Below are positions 23,217 through 37,348 of a stretch of DNA of 64,000 bases, in pieces. The number at the start of each line of letters is the position of its first letter. Position 1 is the first letter of the stretch. The notes below the pieces were generated by a model. That model was given only the letters and a program-made list of their open reading frames with translations. It searched no databases and was not told where the DNA came from. The stretch covers positions 62,001 through 126,000 of the forward strand of contig JBNJNM010000021.1 in the NCBI GenBank assembly GCA_052426225.1. The letters run 5' to 3'. Origin of the DNA: Zancudomyces culisetae HAW-14-8 (Eukaryota; Fungi; Kickxellomycota). The position numbers and the translations under genes are program-made.

Positions 23217-26104
23217 TTAGTACATTATAGTTGCCACAGCAAAAATAAACAATACTGTTACTAGTGTTGAGACTAGAGTAAAGTGTTTGGAATAAAAACT
23301 CCTCAGTTTGTCGAAAAATATATATCCTTTGTCTTTAAAAGCTCTTATCGCATTTAAATCTTTGAAACTACTGAGTATTCTTGTAAGAGGTTCTTCATTT
23401 TTATTTAACACTTCAGGATTACTTTTCTTGTTCAAAAAAACCACATCAACCTTCTTTATAAACGGGTGCGGAATTGTTTTTAAGATTACATCCTTGTTTT
23501 CTTGACCTTTTTTTTCAGAAACCAACTGTATTTTGTTTATTTTTGGATCCAAAATGTTATTTAGCAAAAAAACACGCCTTATCTCCGAGGAGTTTAGTAC
23601 ATCTGTGTCATTACAAAGGTAGCACGCGTCGAACGCCAATGAATATTTCTGAATAGGCTGCGAACGAAAGCCTGTGTTTTGTGTGTTTTCCGCCCCATTC
23701 AATTGATGGAAAGTTGTCGCCATTTCACCTAAGGATTTTTTTCCACTTTTCGTATTAATAAGCCTATTTGCATCACTGCCATTGCTTTTTTTTGGTTGCA
23801 CTATTCTATTGTATTGATCGCCATTATCATTATTTTTATCATTATCGTTGTCATCATCTTTTACTTGTAGGCAACAAAAATCCTTTCTATCCTCATCATG
23901 TTGGTCTGGACCTTCAATACATCCTCTATTAACCACACTTTTAAAGTTTTTGCTAGGTAGTTGTGGCAGATTCAAAATACAGCTTCTGCCAACCGAGCAC
24001 TCTAGAAATAATTTATAGCAATCACTATGATCTTTTGGTGTGTAGTATGGCCTGTATACATCAATAACATTACCCGACACTGCTATGCTTCCAACAGTAG
24101 TGATGTTCTTCTTTTCAGCTTTAGATGCGTTAGTTAGTATTTTAATGTTGTTTTTAGACAGTCGAACCGAAGAATCATAGCGATCAAGGTATAGTTTTTT
24201 GTGCTTATCCTCTATAAATTTCAAAATATCATAATCGCTGTTCTTTACAAAATTTAGAATCACCTTCAGGTGTAGAAGATTTGTATTTTGCATATAAAGC
24301 TCAGCGAGTTGATCATCACTGGTATCGCTACTTTTAGTGTAGACCCTAGGCGTTTCTAAGTGCCTGGAAGTGTTTAGAACTATTGAATTATGAGTATATT
24401 CATTATTATTCGCATTCCAATTTGTCCCTGTTATTTCTGGTTCTATTTGGTTTGACTTTTCCGCTTTAATATCTATTTTATCGTTGTTATGTACATACTC
24501 CCCAAATAGCAGCTTTAGTGACTGGTACTCGCTTTCTTCTAATACGCCGTGGCCTGACCTACCAGTAATAAAGTCTTTAATGTTTACTCTGTTTCTTAGC
24601 GTAATCATATTTGTATTTTTTGATCTGAGTTCTCGCAAATCCTCAATTCCTGGATCGTCCTGGATGTTTATTTTATAGTATTCGATATTTCCAAGTATCG
24701 GTCTACCGTCAAGCGGCTATTTATTTAGCGATTTCGCGTTACCAACTGGAACTTTTACTTAAATACTATCAAAATTTATATCTGTACATGGAAACTTACG
24801 TTTATAATTTCGTTTTTATATATTCGATTTTTTTCCTTATCCATGCTAAACAATAGAAAGTTCAAACACTGAGCCAGATAGTAGGAATATTGGTAGTTAT
24901 TTGGATTTTTTTCATCAATAGTTAGTACTCTTGCTATTATCATCTCCTTGTTTCTACTGGAGTGTATGTCTATTAAATCAATCCAGCTTTCAAAAGTAAA
25001 AGCTTCTATATCGTTTGCATTCATAATTCCTGATAGTTTATCTTGTATTCGAACAATATCACTTTCCACACTCGATAGTGGCAATCCAGGTCCATTGCCT
25101 TCACTATTCTTCAAGTTCGGCAAAAATCCTTTTGCTGGTGAGCTTTGCTCAAACTCTACAAAGTTGCTCCTTTGTCCCTCATCACTCACAAACTTGATAA
25201 AGTAAGCAAACCTCTTACAACTATCTTTGTCTATTTTGTTTAGCTTTAGTTCATTATTAGATATCTTGATAACATTTGAGGGCTCAACCCCAGGCTCGTC
25301 CATTCCTTTTATTGAAATGGTTTTTATCAGCTTAAGGCGCTTGGTCTCAGCTAGTTTTTTTGCTCTATGAACCCCGTTTAGCCCAGTGGATGGCCACAGC
25401 ATTTTCTCGTCTTGTAACTTTGCCTTTATGTCAAACTTGTGATTAGATCCAGTAGATTGGTCTTCCTCCGCTATGTATCTTTTTTTCTTTAATTGCTTAG
25501 AAAATAAATTCAGGCCTTTCCTTTTCTCCTTTAGCTCACAATGACCGTTATGAACAGTATCCTTGCCATTTATATTATCTCCTAATTTAAATACCCACAA
25601 ATTTGAGTCCAACATAAACATTTATCCTGAAGGAATGAGCTGTAAAAAAATACATATACTCTTACCTGAAAATATGCTTTTTTTGCTTTCCAGCCTCATA
25701 TGAAGAGTTGAAGACCTTGGTCCACTTGTGCTTTGTGTTATATTATCCACATCTGAGCCGCTACAAGGCTCTGCAATATACGAGTTTGATCGTACCAATA
25801 GGTTTTTTATATCTATCTTTTTTGTTCCTGCCGTTTTTTCAAGAGCTTTCATTCCTTGTTCGTCTATAGTTGATACTGGGCAATGTGAATGTTTTGTATT
25901 ATTCTTTATACCTTTCCTACTTGGAGTTGAACGGCTCAACGCATCCTTTTTGTATATGCTGTATATCTTACCATCCCCATGAGTAAAAAAACTGCTGTCT
26001 AACTCATCAGGCGAGCTACATGAGCTTTCAACGCACTTTGTTTTTCTTCCCTTCCCTTTTTTCGTAAGTTTTTTCTTGTTTGACTTTGTATGTTCCTTCA
26101 GCAT
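23217..26104 (-). CDS. Hypothetical membrane protein, DUF5092-like (3 exons)
   Basis: Introns 25582-25665 and 24717-24799 join three ORFs in frame and rebuild FTFESW...IIARVLT...YSYYLAQCLN...IINPLDGRPILGNIEYY. C-terminal hydrophobic helix. The domain name is from recall. Confidence 0.7.
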
Positions 26105-26792
26105 TTTTACCCTATATTTCTCTTGACTTCTCTAGGCTTAATTTCAGTCGTAGTTTTCGGTAGAGGATGAAGAATATCATTAATAAAAAATTAAAAGGAA
26201 AAAGCTCCCTCTTTACGCATGTAAAGTTCTTAGATATCAGATGTATGTGACTTTTAACGATTAAACAAGTATCTTGTGTGCGTTTATAATCCTGTGAAAC
26301 GTAACAAGTATATAATAAAATCTATCACTAAAACCGTTACTTCACTGGTATCTAACCTGGACCTGTTTTTTTTTAATGTACTTTTTATTTTGCCATTGGT
26401 ATCCACGGATTAAACCATGCTGCCATTCTGACCTCTTTTTAGGGAGTTGTAAATTACATCTCCATATTTGCTGTAGTAAATTTATTACATATGGGCTAGA
26501 TTGAACAAAACAACTGGGTATTATATCATGTTTGAGCCTCCAGGTACATCCAAATTGAAAGTACTTTATTGCACAATAAGGCTATTCCTATGTGTTCTGG
26601 AACCGTTAATTCACTTTTTGTTTCCTTTTCTTTTTTTTTTGAAAAAAAATCTGTCACCTCCCCTACCAAATGCAATAGGAGGTAATTAACGCACTAAAAT
26701 TTTGTACCGTATAAACAGAACAAGGTTTTTTTTATGATAAAAAAAGCACTGTTAAAGTAGTATGCCTAATGTAACGCTTGATCTTTGTTTTT

Positions 26793-27691
26793 TCAAGAAT
26801 GCTTTTTTTCGTCGCTTTTTCTATCACCAATATATTCATACTTTCTTGAATCAAGCTCCAGTGTAACGGGCCCGTCGTTACAAAGACTTACATCCATCAT
26901 TGCTCCAAATTCACCAGCTAATAAATAGAGTTTGGTTTATCACAAGAATTAAATCAAATGGATCATATAATTCCACAATCGATATCTCGTTTTCACCAAG
27001 AGACACTTACTCTGTATTTTATCATCTGAATACGATTTTTTTAGCTTTTCGATAAACATGTTGAAAAACTCTTCTGCTTTTTCACTTCCCATTGCTCTAT
27101 GAAAATCGGGTTTGTTGCCTATCAGAATAAAATAAACAAAGTATTTAGAATTGGAAACACTAACACATAGCCAGAAATCACACCTACCTTTTACTGTTCT
27201 TCCATATAGTGTAAACTGAGATACTATGAAGGTATCGTTTGTATAGCTGTCACAAATAGTTTTTTTTATTAAATAAAGAAAAAACTTTCAACACCCGAAA
27301 CATTGGATGAGGTAGGAGGGGTGGAATCAGTTTAAAATATTCTTCATTTAAAAAAAATTGGACCATACCGCATAAAACTTCCAGATTCATATCTTTAACG
27401 CTCTTCTTCCACATTTGCTTTTCATCATCGAACACACGAACACCCAATATCCTGTTTACCATATAGTTGATGTCTTCTTCGAGGTCATCCTTAGAAATTC
27501 CCACTAGAACACAAATCCCCTTCTGTATCTCGCCAACAACTCTATTACCAACTTTTGTGGGTGAGTGGGTGTATGTGGTTTTTATTAAGGTTAGACAATA
27601 CGAAGCAACTATTCGTAATAATTTAGATAGTACCCCTAATAATTTTACCTTCGACCTTTGCCCACTTCACTTTTTGCAGTACAGCTCTCAT
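26793..27691 (-). CDS. DTD1: D-aminoacyl-tRNA deacylase (5 exons)
   Basis: Spliced product MRAVLQKV...GICVLVGIS...VSQFTLYG...[11 protein letters not shown]...[18 protein letters not shown] carries the hallmark SQFTL and NDGPVT motifs. Confidence 0.95.
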
Positions 27692-28531
27692 TACCCAACT
27701 GTTCTAATATGATATCTTTTTTTACTTTTTTTTTTGTAAACAAACAAGAATAAAATATCATTATCTTTTTTTTTATAGCAAATACGAAATTGATCTAGAT
27801 AGATCGCCAATACTAAAATAAAACTAATCTGTGTGGTGTCTACCTATAAAATATGTTTGCTCTAGATAGTGCATTTTTTTTTCAAAAAAAATGGATGATA
27901 ACTTCTGCGAACATCTAAAGGGTGTATTGATTTGTATATACGGTTTACGGGCAAGAAGGTTAAAAAAGTGTCTACGCTTATAGAAAAAGGACGAGTTCTT
28001 GGAGGGGGGGTTCATTTATTAACGCTGAGTTATGACAAAAACTTATAGGATTGAGTACTGCTAAACATACCGGAGGAAGGATGAATTCTTTGTTCATAGT
28101 GCTTATTATGCGGTTTTATCCCTTTTCTTGATATTAGCTGTTGAATTTGACAAAAAATGCCAAAGGAATAGAGGAGGGAAAGAGGAGAGGATAGGAGAGA
28201 ATAGGAGAGGATAGGAAAGAAGAGAAAACAAGTACAATCGGACATGTGCACTGCACTTGGGTAAATGATTGTCACACGAGTTCAGTACATTATTTTGAAA
28301 CCCCCCCATAATTTACCCATGGTTCAAGACGCAACTCTGTTTAGCCATTGGCTATTTTTATGTTGATAACGTTCACACTTTCAAATAGCAAGTACTGATT
28401 TGCCCGAACAAGCTGTTATAAATAAATAGAAATTAAATTTCTGGAATTGTTTTGAGTAGGAAAAAAGGAACAAAAATTACACTTTAATTCTGGAAAAAAG
28501 GGTTTAAAGCGCAGAAACGGATAAAAACAAG

Positions 28532-29239
28532 ATGTACGGCGGGAATCCAAATCAAGGAGGAAACTATGGATATCAAGGGGGTCAGGGCGGTCAAGGAGGT
28601 CAAAGGCCTCCATACCAACAACAAGGGTACCAGCAACAGCAGGGATATCAAGGCAGACCTGGACCACAGGGGAACCCTAATCAAGGTGGGGGATACCAAC
28701 CAATGCCGCCACAGCAGCAGCAGATAATGTCATTCTTCCATGCTGTGGATAGTGATAGATCAGGAGCATTAGATTCAGCAGAACTACAACGCGCACTCAT
28801 GAATGGCGATTGGTCGCCGTTCAGTATCGAGACAACAAGGCTCATGGTTTCGATGTTTGACAGCGATTGCAGTGGAACCATTAGTGGTAACGAATTTTTA
28901 AATTTGTGGCGCTACATAGAACAATGGAGGGAGTGTTTTATGCACTTCGACCGTGACCGCTCGGGAATGATTGATAAACAAGAGCTACATAATGCACTCA
29001 AAAACTTTAATTTTGCTGTAACTCCACAGATTGTGGATCTTTTCGTCAAAAAGGCAAACAATCTAGATGGTGCAAAAGCAACTAGAAACAGAGAATCTGT
29101 CAGTTTTGATAGATTTATTTGGATTTGTGTTAGTACGAAAATGCTTAGCGACAGCTTTGCCTCCATGGACAATCAAAGGTCTGGACGTGTGACCTTCACC
29201 TTGGACCAATATTTGGTTGATCATATTCGAAATTCGTGA
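28532..29239 (+). CDS. PEF1: Penta-EF-hand protein (peflin/ALG-2 family)
   Basis: G/Q/P/Y-rich N-terminus, EF loops DSDRSGALDSAE, DSDCSGTISGNE, DRDRSGMIDKQE, and FDRFIWIC. Confidence 0.92.
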   Translation: MYGGNPNQGGNYGYQGGQGGQGGQRPPYQQQGYQQQQGYQGRPGPQGNPNQGGGYQPMPPQQQQIMSFFHAVDSDRSGALDSAELQRALMNGDWSPFSIETTRLMVSMFDSDCSGTISGNEFLNLWRYIEQWRECFMHFDRDRSGMIDKQELHNALKNFNFAVTPQIVDLFVKKANNLDGAKATRNRESVSFDRFIWICVSTKMLSDSFASMDNQRSGRVTFTLDQYLVDHIRNS

Positions 29240-29700
29240 GTGGTTTTTCTTATTTTCATTAATATAGTGGTATAATACCTAGCCATTTTGGTTATAATTA
29301 CATATAATCGAATTGTTGACCTATAAATTAGCTTCTAAAGTTTGATGCTTGTCCAACTGTAACTTTGTTGACTTTGATAAATGTGAGTTTTTTTTTGTGT
29401 TCTGAAAGTATCTCTTCTTCCACACTATGTATGGTCTTACTACGGACTTGTTAGTAACATTTACCTATGTTTTATATTTCACTGATTTTATTGAATCTTT
29501 TTTTAACCTTAACTGAAATACTTTAAATAGAAGCCTCTAAGAAAATTTAAAAATAAATAAAATCTTTGATATAAATAAAAGCTTCAACATACTTGTATAC
29601 TCTATCTTTTTGCCGAATACATCATTTATATACAATAATTATCATATTCCAGATACACAAGGTCAAAAAGGGCCGTGGGGTAGGCCGCACAAAGTCAAAG

Positions 29701-32700
29701 CTAATGTGTACATATATATCTTACAACTGGAACCCAATAGTTAGAGATGCCATGGTAGTGAATTAACCAACTACCAACTTCGTTTATCTCCGCTTGTAGC
29801 ACATAGCTCCTATCACTTGGTTGAAATACAAACTTTGTTGTTATCCCACTTGGGCTTTTTAACTGTAATTTGTAGTGCTTTCTTTCCATTTCCGTGTCAA
29901 GGGAGCCATTTTCTACAGTATCTATAGATAGTAAGTGAAAATTGACTTGCTCATCCTTCTTTAATAAAACTGAAGTGGGTGACTTGACATAGAATTCAGC
30001 CTCAGCAAAATGATTTGTCAAAATATATTTTGGAGAATCCTTTTTAGTGTCACCAAGAGAAAGAGCCATTACAAGAGGATATGTGAGGTGTGTTGGAGCG
30101 CCCGTAACATAGGGGAACTCCACATGCGGTGCAGACCTTTTGGGTTCTGATATAGATTGCGAATTAGATGATTTTTTTCCCACCCCAAGCAGCACCTTGA
30201 ACATTGTAGTTCTGGTACTTGGAGAGGGTTGTATACTTTCTCTTGGCGATTTGTGCATATGTGGTTTTTTCGAAATGCGTTTATTTCTCTTGGCGCTTTT
30301 TCCATCGCTATGATACATTTCATCAATACTAGCTGTAGATTGAGTGTGACTATTGTGATGCGCAGTTCTGGAAAGCAATGTCTCCCGTTTGCTTTTTGCT
30401 AATCTTGAAGGGCGTGTTCCAACGTATAATTTTAGCACACTACTCGCAAACCCTGGCTTGTTGCCCAAATATATTTTTGCCATTCTCTTTCCATTATAAT
30501 TTTTGCACTGCGCAAGTAAAGGAAGACGCTCAGTAACTGTTGCAGGTGTAAGGTTTAGAATACTCTCATTTATTGCCTCTTCACTGTATAATTCAACTTC
30601 CGCATAGCAGTCTAGTGTGTGGTCTTTTAGTTGCAGAATTATAGAATCTATGCCATGCTTTAACATGTCACTTGATACCGTGCAATTGAGAATATTGATA
30701 TTGTGTTGGAAGTAAAGTGGTCTGACATAAGGCAAGTTCCAAAATATCTCCCACGTCACAAAGCTATGGTTATACAGATTTCTTGGATCACATGGAAAGT
30801 GGGTATATATTGCCTTATCTGGATGCATCAAAAAAAATCCATTATCTCTGCTTCCTAGACTGTTAAACGGATGGGATACCAATGCACAGCAAGTATCCAC
30901 TATTCTAAACTTGCCATCCAGCTCTACACAGTTCCAGATATGATTAGGGTACATAGGTTTAAAGGAACCTTTTATGAACGAATCTGGGTTTGGTGGAGGA
31001 ACTTTTAGAGTCCCGTGAACAACGTTACAAGTGATTCCTGCTATATTTGCAAATTTGGCAAATAAATATGCAAACCCTGGTCCATATGATGCTCGAGTTG
31101 AGTAGACTCTATCCGGATCTTCATAATCTTTTAATTCCTCGATATCGAACTTTTCATTGTAATTGAGACGCAACTCAATATGAGTTGTTATCCAAAGGTA
31201 GATGGATGCCAACAAACGCACTTTATTATCAATAAACCTTTTGCAGAGATATTTGGTCACAAGCTCCTCCATACTTTTATTTTTACAGTCAAGCTTTATA
31301 ATGTTGGCTTTTTTTTCAACATATTCCAATTCCTGTTGCAGCACCTCGAAGCTGAAAATAGGATCATCTTGTGTATATCTCAGGAGTTTTGAGTGAATAG
31401 AGCTTGTTTCACTGCCGGGATGGGTTTGTATGAATGGTTTTTTGTCGTGAACATTCAAAATAAGGGTCTCTCTAACACTAGCAAAGGTAGGTAAACATGG
31501 TTTTTTTATTATATCGTTGAAATCTTCCTTTATTTCTCTGTTAGATCTTTCCTTCTTTAGAGTTTTGTCTTCGAAGTTATGCATAGATGGTTTTCTGCTA
31601 GCTCTTTTATTTTCAGCAGAATCCTCCAGGATACTATTATTATTTAATTCCGAGTTATACAGATTTTTCAGCTTTTTTTGCAGGTATGAAATAGGTTGTT
31701 CATCCACCCCTTTGCTATCGAACCTTAAACCGGCACTCTCTCTGTATCCTCTCGCACCATGCTCCGTAAGCAATTTTGTGTAGTCTGAACTGCTTCTCCT
31801 CATTGAATTTGACACACTTCTTGAATAGTACTGTGGGTTACTGCAAGTATCATTTGACACAGAGCGGCTTAAGCCATTTCCTCCATATCCCTCAGGACGC
31901 ATTTCATTTAACAAAATTTCCCTAGTATTTACATGTTCAGAGCAAGTTCGGTATATGCACGCTTGCCCCTTTTTCAAAAATTGAGGAGTCATTTTAGGTT
32001 TAGAGTTATTGGTTGTGTTCTGGAGAAATTGGTTAGTTGAAGTAGAAATGATGCAGGGCGTATGTGCTTGGGAATCTGTCGAGGTTTCATTTGTTAGACA
32101 CGAATTATACACTCTTCTATCGTCACTAGTCACTTTTGACGGCTCGAAAACCTCATTACGAAATGCTATTCCGCCAATTGCTTCAAGTAGTTTTTTATTT
32201 ACAGTATCCAAGTCAATTTGTGATTCATCTGTATTTCTGATGGTACCATAAGAGTATGTTTGAACACACTTTGTGTTTTTTGGTTGTGAAGAGCCTATAC
32301 CTGTGTTATTTTCTTGATGAAAAGGCTTATCATTTGCACAGGTATCACTATGCATATCACTTGGGATGATTCTATAAGATTTGTGTTGTATTACGTTTGA
32401 GTCTTTTGAGCTCGGTTTGATGTTACAAACATCGCCATCTGTATTTTTATAATCCGTACCGGCTAAGTCTAATAAACCATGTACAAAACGTTATTATTTC
32501 AGCTAGTGTGTAATATATACATTGTACTTACCATATTTACTCTCATAAGAATCAGACTGCTTTTTTGGGTTTGCACAACCACAGTCGCTGCTGTTGGTGT
32601 CACAAGTACACTCTTTATCAAACTCACTATGTAAAGCAGCGTCTTTTTTGTAAATAGCTTTGTTCATGTAGGCAGAGTTCGATGCATTTATATTCTCGTC

Positions 32701-33380
32701 CTCATCTGAGCCTTGTATAGTATAAGCACTCTCGCTATCCTTGGCTGTTTCTGAATCGGATTCGTTTTCAAATAATACACTACCTGCCAATGACGCCTCT
32801 CTCTCGACGACACTTTCGCCTATACTATCGCTGTCTTTGTTCAAGAAAACATCATTGTTGTAGTAGTCGTCCTTCCTTTTAGGGAGTAATGGCTGACTCT
32901 GAGATTCACATGTATCCTTTGTTTTTACATCGTTATTTTCCTCTTTGCCATTTTTTTCTTTTGGAAGTTCCAAAACGTATGACTTTGGAAAATAGCCCTC
33001 CTTTAATGTTTCTAGCGATCTTCCCCACCACCATTCATCGGTCACTATTTTATTAATCGTTTGTTAACACCAGATCCCACAAAATACTAAATATATAGAA
33101 ACTTTAAAAGTAGCTATACCGTGTATTAAGAACTACTTACCCTTATGTGTAACTTTGATAACCTCTCCTATAATATTTTATCATTTAGAATGATTTAAAA
33201 CACAACATAAACTCGGTGTAGAGGATTACAATCAGAATTGTTATACATATTGGGTTCTAACCAACACTGTCAATATACACTAAATATCATACGCTTACCT
33301 TTGCGAAGTGGTAGCAAACTATACTCGCCCACCTCAAACCTATACAAGGCTTTTGCGTACGTGTTTAAATCAACACCCAT
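29701..33380 (-). CDS. CYK3: Cytokinesis protein Cyk3-like: SH3 plus inactive transglutaminase-like domain (4 exons)
   Basis: Exons 33380-33299, 33167-33141, 33044-32532 and 32462-29701 build an SH3 domain (AKALYRF..LRKGEVIKV..EWWWG..GYFPKSYV). TGase-like core has NHIWN and VDTC but no nucleophile Cys (YGPGFAYLF). Confidence 0.85.
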
Positions 33381-34268
33381 CTATAAATTTTGTGCTTACT
33401 ACTGGGTTTACAAACGATATATTTGCGTATACAAAAAGGTCTCAATTAAAACATAACATATACTTGTAAAATTCAAAGGTTTGCTCCAAACTCTTTATTC
33501 TACAGAGTGTTTGCTTGTGATTAGTTTGTATTTTACAGAATTACTAGTTTAATAGGCTTACTGACACTCTCTACGGGATACTAGAGTAAGTGCGTGCAAC
33601 AAAACAGAGGTGCTAGACTTGCTAGTTGTAGCATCTTGTTTCCCTAGCATAGGAGATTTCCCAAGCAAATAGGGAATGGGGAGGGGGAGTGATTCTACAA
33701 ACATAATTTTTGCGTGTACGCTATGAGCCCTTGATAGGCCATTTCCACAGCTTCTGCTGCTTTTAGTTCCAGTATCTTTAAAAGATTGGTTTGCATTTAT
33801 TATATGATTGGCCTTGATTTCAGTTTCTTTAAAAAGGCGGACAGGTGCAAGAACACTTGTGAATTTACTTTTGTTTGCATAACATATTCTCCCATAAACA
33901 AATGGGTAAAACGAATTTGATCCATTCAGTAGTTAATGCATGTTGTTGCGCCCTATGCACTGCCTAGCATTTTATCTCACCCCCCCCCCCCTTTTTTCCA
34001 AGCCACCAACCCAGTATGGAGGAAAGATCACCGGACAAAAATATACTTTAAAAGTAAAAAAGCCCACTCTCCGCAAGCAGTTATATTCCTTTTTCAAATT
34101 GTACGGGGCAAATGTTTGTGCCAATAAATTGCTTTTGCGGAATTTTTCAATTGGCAATCCTTCCAAGCACCTACTCTTACCAATCATTGACCCCTTCTAG
34201 AATAAAAGCCTCATAGAAAAAACTGCCTCTCCCCCCAATTTGCCAAGATTTGCTTGCTAGCATATCTA

Positions 34269-35479
34269 TTACAGGCGTGTCAAGCTACAACAAAGCGTTT
34301 TAGTTGGGCCATTCAGTATAAGGCGTAGCGATATCGCAAGGTTGTCATTTTCACTCGCTCTACTGTAGTTTAACATACATATCTTGACCCTTTTTTTTTT
34401 AGAGTGTATAGATGCGACAATATAGAACCTACAACGTGGTTTTGCGATAGTATGCTCCTGGATGCGCTGGTGACGACATGGTGGGATACACATCTTATGT
34501 TTTAGACACCTACACATTAGGAATTTACAACTACCAATTCCACAGTAGCTCTAGCATACATACGAGATTGGTTTTCTAAAGAATTATGCAATTATTACGA
34601 TCTTGTTTGTATTTCTATCTTTAATACCTTTTCCAACACTCATAATACGTAAACCAGGGTAAGTATCTTTAGACATCTCGCATTCAAAATACATCAAAAA
34701 ATTTTACACTCTTATATACAGATACACTATTTTTCTCGTAATGCATATTGATACATTGTTCATCTTTACCAATTTATTAATATAAATAATAATATGTTGT
34801 ACAGCCGAGGTAAATATTTTGATTATATTAGTATATTTTAAAGAAAAACAATCCAAAAATGTTTATCGTGCACCCAACACATCCTTGATACACTAATAAA
34901 CGATGTTCTGATAATCACATTATTAAGAGGTCCTAGCTACGATTCATGAACATCTATATACTCTTTTGCTTTCTTTGCTGTTCAATCTATAAAAAAGTCT
35001 GCAATTTTCCAAACCGATCAATTCTTTTGTAGCGGAAACAAGAAATCAGGAACGTAAGCCATGTTAGGAAATACGCCTATTTTGCGTTTCCTACAAGGTT
35101 TTTCCACAAAAATGGTACTGGCCTGAGCGGTACAGTTAAAGTATTTCCTCTCGTCACCTACCCGCATATTAAATAGATCTTTTGAAAGCCTTGACATACA
35201 ATTTCGCGAGTTACGAAGACTACTACATTTTATACATTGCATTCGTGCGTAGATACATATTTCTCCTTTTTTCTTTTCTGGGAATGAAAAATCTATGCTG
35301 CAGTAGTTACTTTTGCAGCCCTTGTATATTGCCACATTTGTCACTATTCTTTCTCTTTCAGCAAACCTTATTTTTGTCTTTCGCAATCCAAAAGAAAATG
35401 CATCAGAGAAACCGAAATATAATACTAGTACGTATATTCGTAAAAAAATCGATATGCCAAGGTTCCTTGTAGCCCTCAT
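34269..35479 (-). pseudogene. Possible secreted Cys-rich basic protein gene or pseudogene
   Basis: 35479-35018 has a hydrophobic signal-like N-terminus and several Cys. A downstream Cys-rich frame (YVC*SYCGIGSCKFLMCRC..CIPPC) has an in-frame TAG. No clean splice path found. Confidence 0.3.
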
Positions 35480-35660
35480 AGTTTACAGAGCCGTCAAATG
35501 CCTTATTTTCTACCTTTTCTCTGCCTTTGTTAAAAATGCGTATATAAAATTCTTCCGTTTTAGTTTATTACTGTGATATTTTAGTTAGTAAAGCGAAAAA
35601 CATATAAACGTATATTTCACAGAAGAATAATGAATATTGCTTTGAATAAATGTGTAGTGA

Positions 35661-35682
35661 GGGGCGCGGGGGGGGGGGGGGG
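35661..35682. repeat. Poly-G tract
   Basis: GGGGCGC followed by a run of about 15 G. Confidence 0.85.
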
Positions 35683-36247
35683 GTTCCTGTAGATTAATTG
35701 GTGAGGCTTTAGTAATGTATATTAGAAACCTTAATTCAGATAGATATGCAACTGATCTAGATTTCTTGCAATTTGTGTTCCCCCCACCTTAGACATAAAT
35801 TAAAGAAAAACTAAACAGAAACATTTACTCGGCGCTTTCCTTTTAGTTTTTGGTTAAGCTAGTTGCGTAGCAGGTTACCTAAACCTCAGAATTAATTAAC
35901 ACTACTTACAAGCATTAAGCAAAGGCGATCTTCAGCCCTCTAGAATTCATTCAAATTTCAGCATTATGGCAAATAACGTTTTCGAGAATCGAGGATGAAA
36001 CAACAGCCAAACGCAAAAAGCAAAAAGCTCTAGATATATAAGCAAATTAATAGTAACAGCAATAACTAAGAACGTTACCGATCCCTACTCATATTTTTGA
36101 GACGAAGTTTTAACTATTTTAGCCACACTATACGTTTAGTATGCTCGATAAGTTTTTTTAGGGTAATTATTTAAAAAGAGTAAAAGCGGCTACTATAATT
36201 CTTTTGTGCAGGCCATAAAGAGTTGCAAGAATATGTATATATATACA

Positions 36248-36270
36248 TGTGTGTGTGTGTGTGTGTGTGT
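36248..36270. repeat. (TG)n microsatellite
   Basis: About 11 TG units. Confidence 0.9.
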
Positions 36271-37299
36271 CAATCTACCATTACTAAGTGTACTTCATCT
36301 ATTAACGACGTGGGTCTTTAAAACTTTGGGGTTCGAATTTTTACATCCAATACCCATATTTATACTCATGCTTATTTTATGGTGAAACGAGGCGCGTTTT
36401 ACATGTTACTTGAAAACATAGAGTAGGTTTGAGCTTATTTACCATGTTGACACAGGTTCTATGAACGCACAAGAGCTAGTAGTGACAAACTATAAGTGTG
36501 AATGAAGTGAGCAGCAGCCAAACAGTATACTAGGGATACAGTCGAGTCATATACCACATAAAATAATACTTGCCTTGGTGGCAAAATAAACAAAAACCGG
36601 AACCCAAACCCAAACCCAAAACTAAATTCAGGCCTATGACTTTGTCCGATGAGTGGTCACTGTTCATATTTTGTGACCACGTATGGTGTGCAAATGTTCA
36701 TATTTTTTAATAAACTTAGCTTGCGACCATTTCTTATGTACTTACATTTGATAATACATGAGATCTATCCCTGCTTTGCAGGTGATTGTCCATTAAATTC
36801 TTGTTTTTACAACATTCAGTGTTTGTATTGTAACTGCTAGTAATAGTTTTTGCTATTATCGACATATTGACGGATAAAAATAAGTTGTAAATGTAGAGCC
36901 CTGAAAAAAAAAACTCTAATTTGTACCACTTTGTGTTATTGCTATTGTTATTAGCATTTTATTGTTCTTGTCTTTGCCTTTGTATTCGTTTTTGTTGTGA
37001 ATAATGGTGTATCAAGAAAATGATGTGGATGATTTGAAACTCATGTGGAAAATCACGTGTTGTTATGGCTTGGGGAGTAAATGGGAAACGTAAACGGACA
37101 AATTGTGAAAGACACGTTACACAGCGTCAACTGAATGGTCCTGAGGCTTAGTGCTTATAATCCGTTTTAATACTAGTTTTTACTCACATCACAAGGGAAA
37201 AAATAGTTAAAAGTGATGATTGTTTGTGGGTCGAGTATTTTTGGTGTAAAACACAGCTTAAGGGCACCAAGGCTAGTGGAGAAAAATTGAACAACTTTT

Positions 37300-37348
37300 T
37301 CACCCCTCACCCCTCACCCCTCACCCCCCTCATCACCCTCACCCCCCT
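37300..37348 (-). repeat. (GGGGTGA)n tandem repeat, potential G-quadruplex
   Basis: Plus strand has TCACCCC about 6 times with minor variants. Confidence 0.8.

Noticed and set aside
28230-28320. Possible selenoprotein (minus ATG...KIMY-TGA-TRV)
   Set aside because: No CxxU/UxxC context, no thioredoxin-like continuation and no SECIS seen.
36601-36620. (AAACCC)n telomere-like run
   Set aside because: Only about 3 units, internal, and not TAACCC. An ordinary microsatellite.
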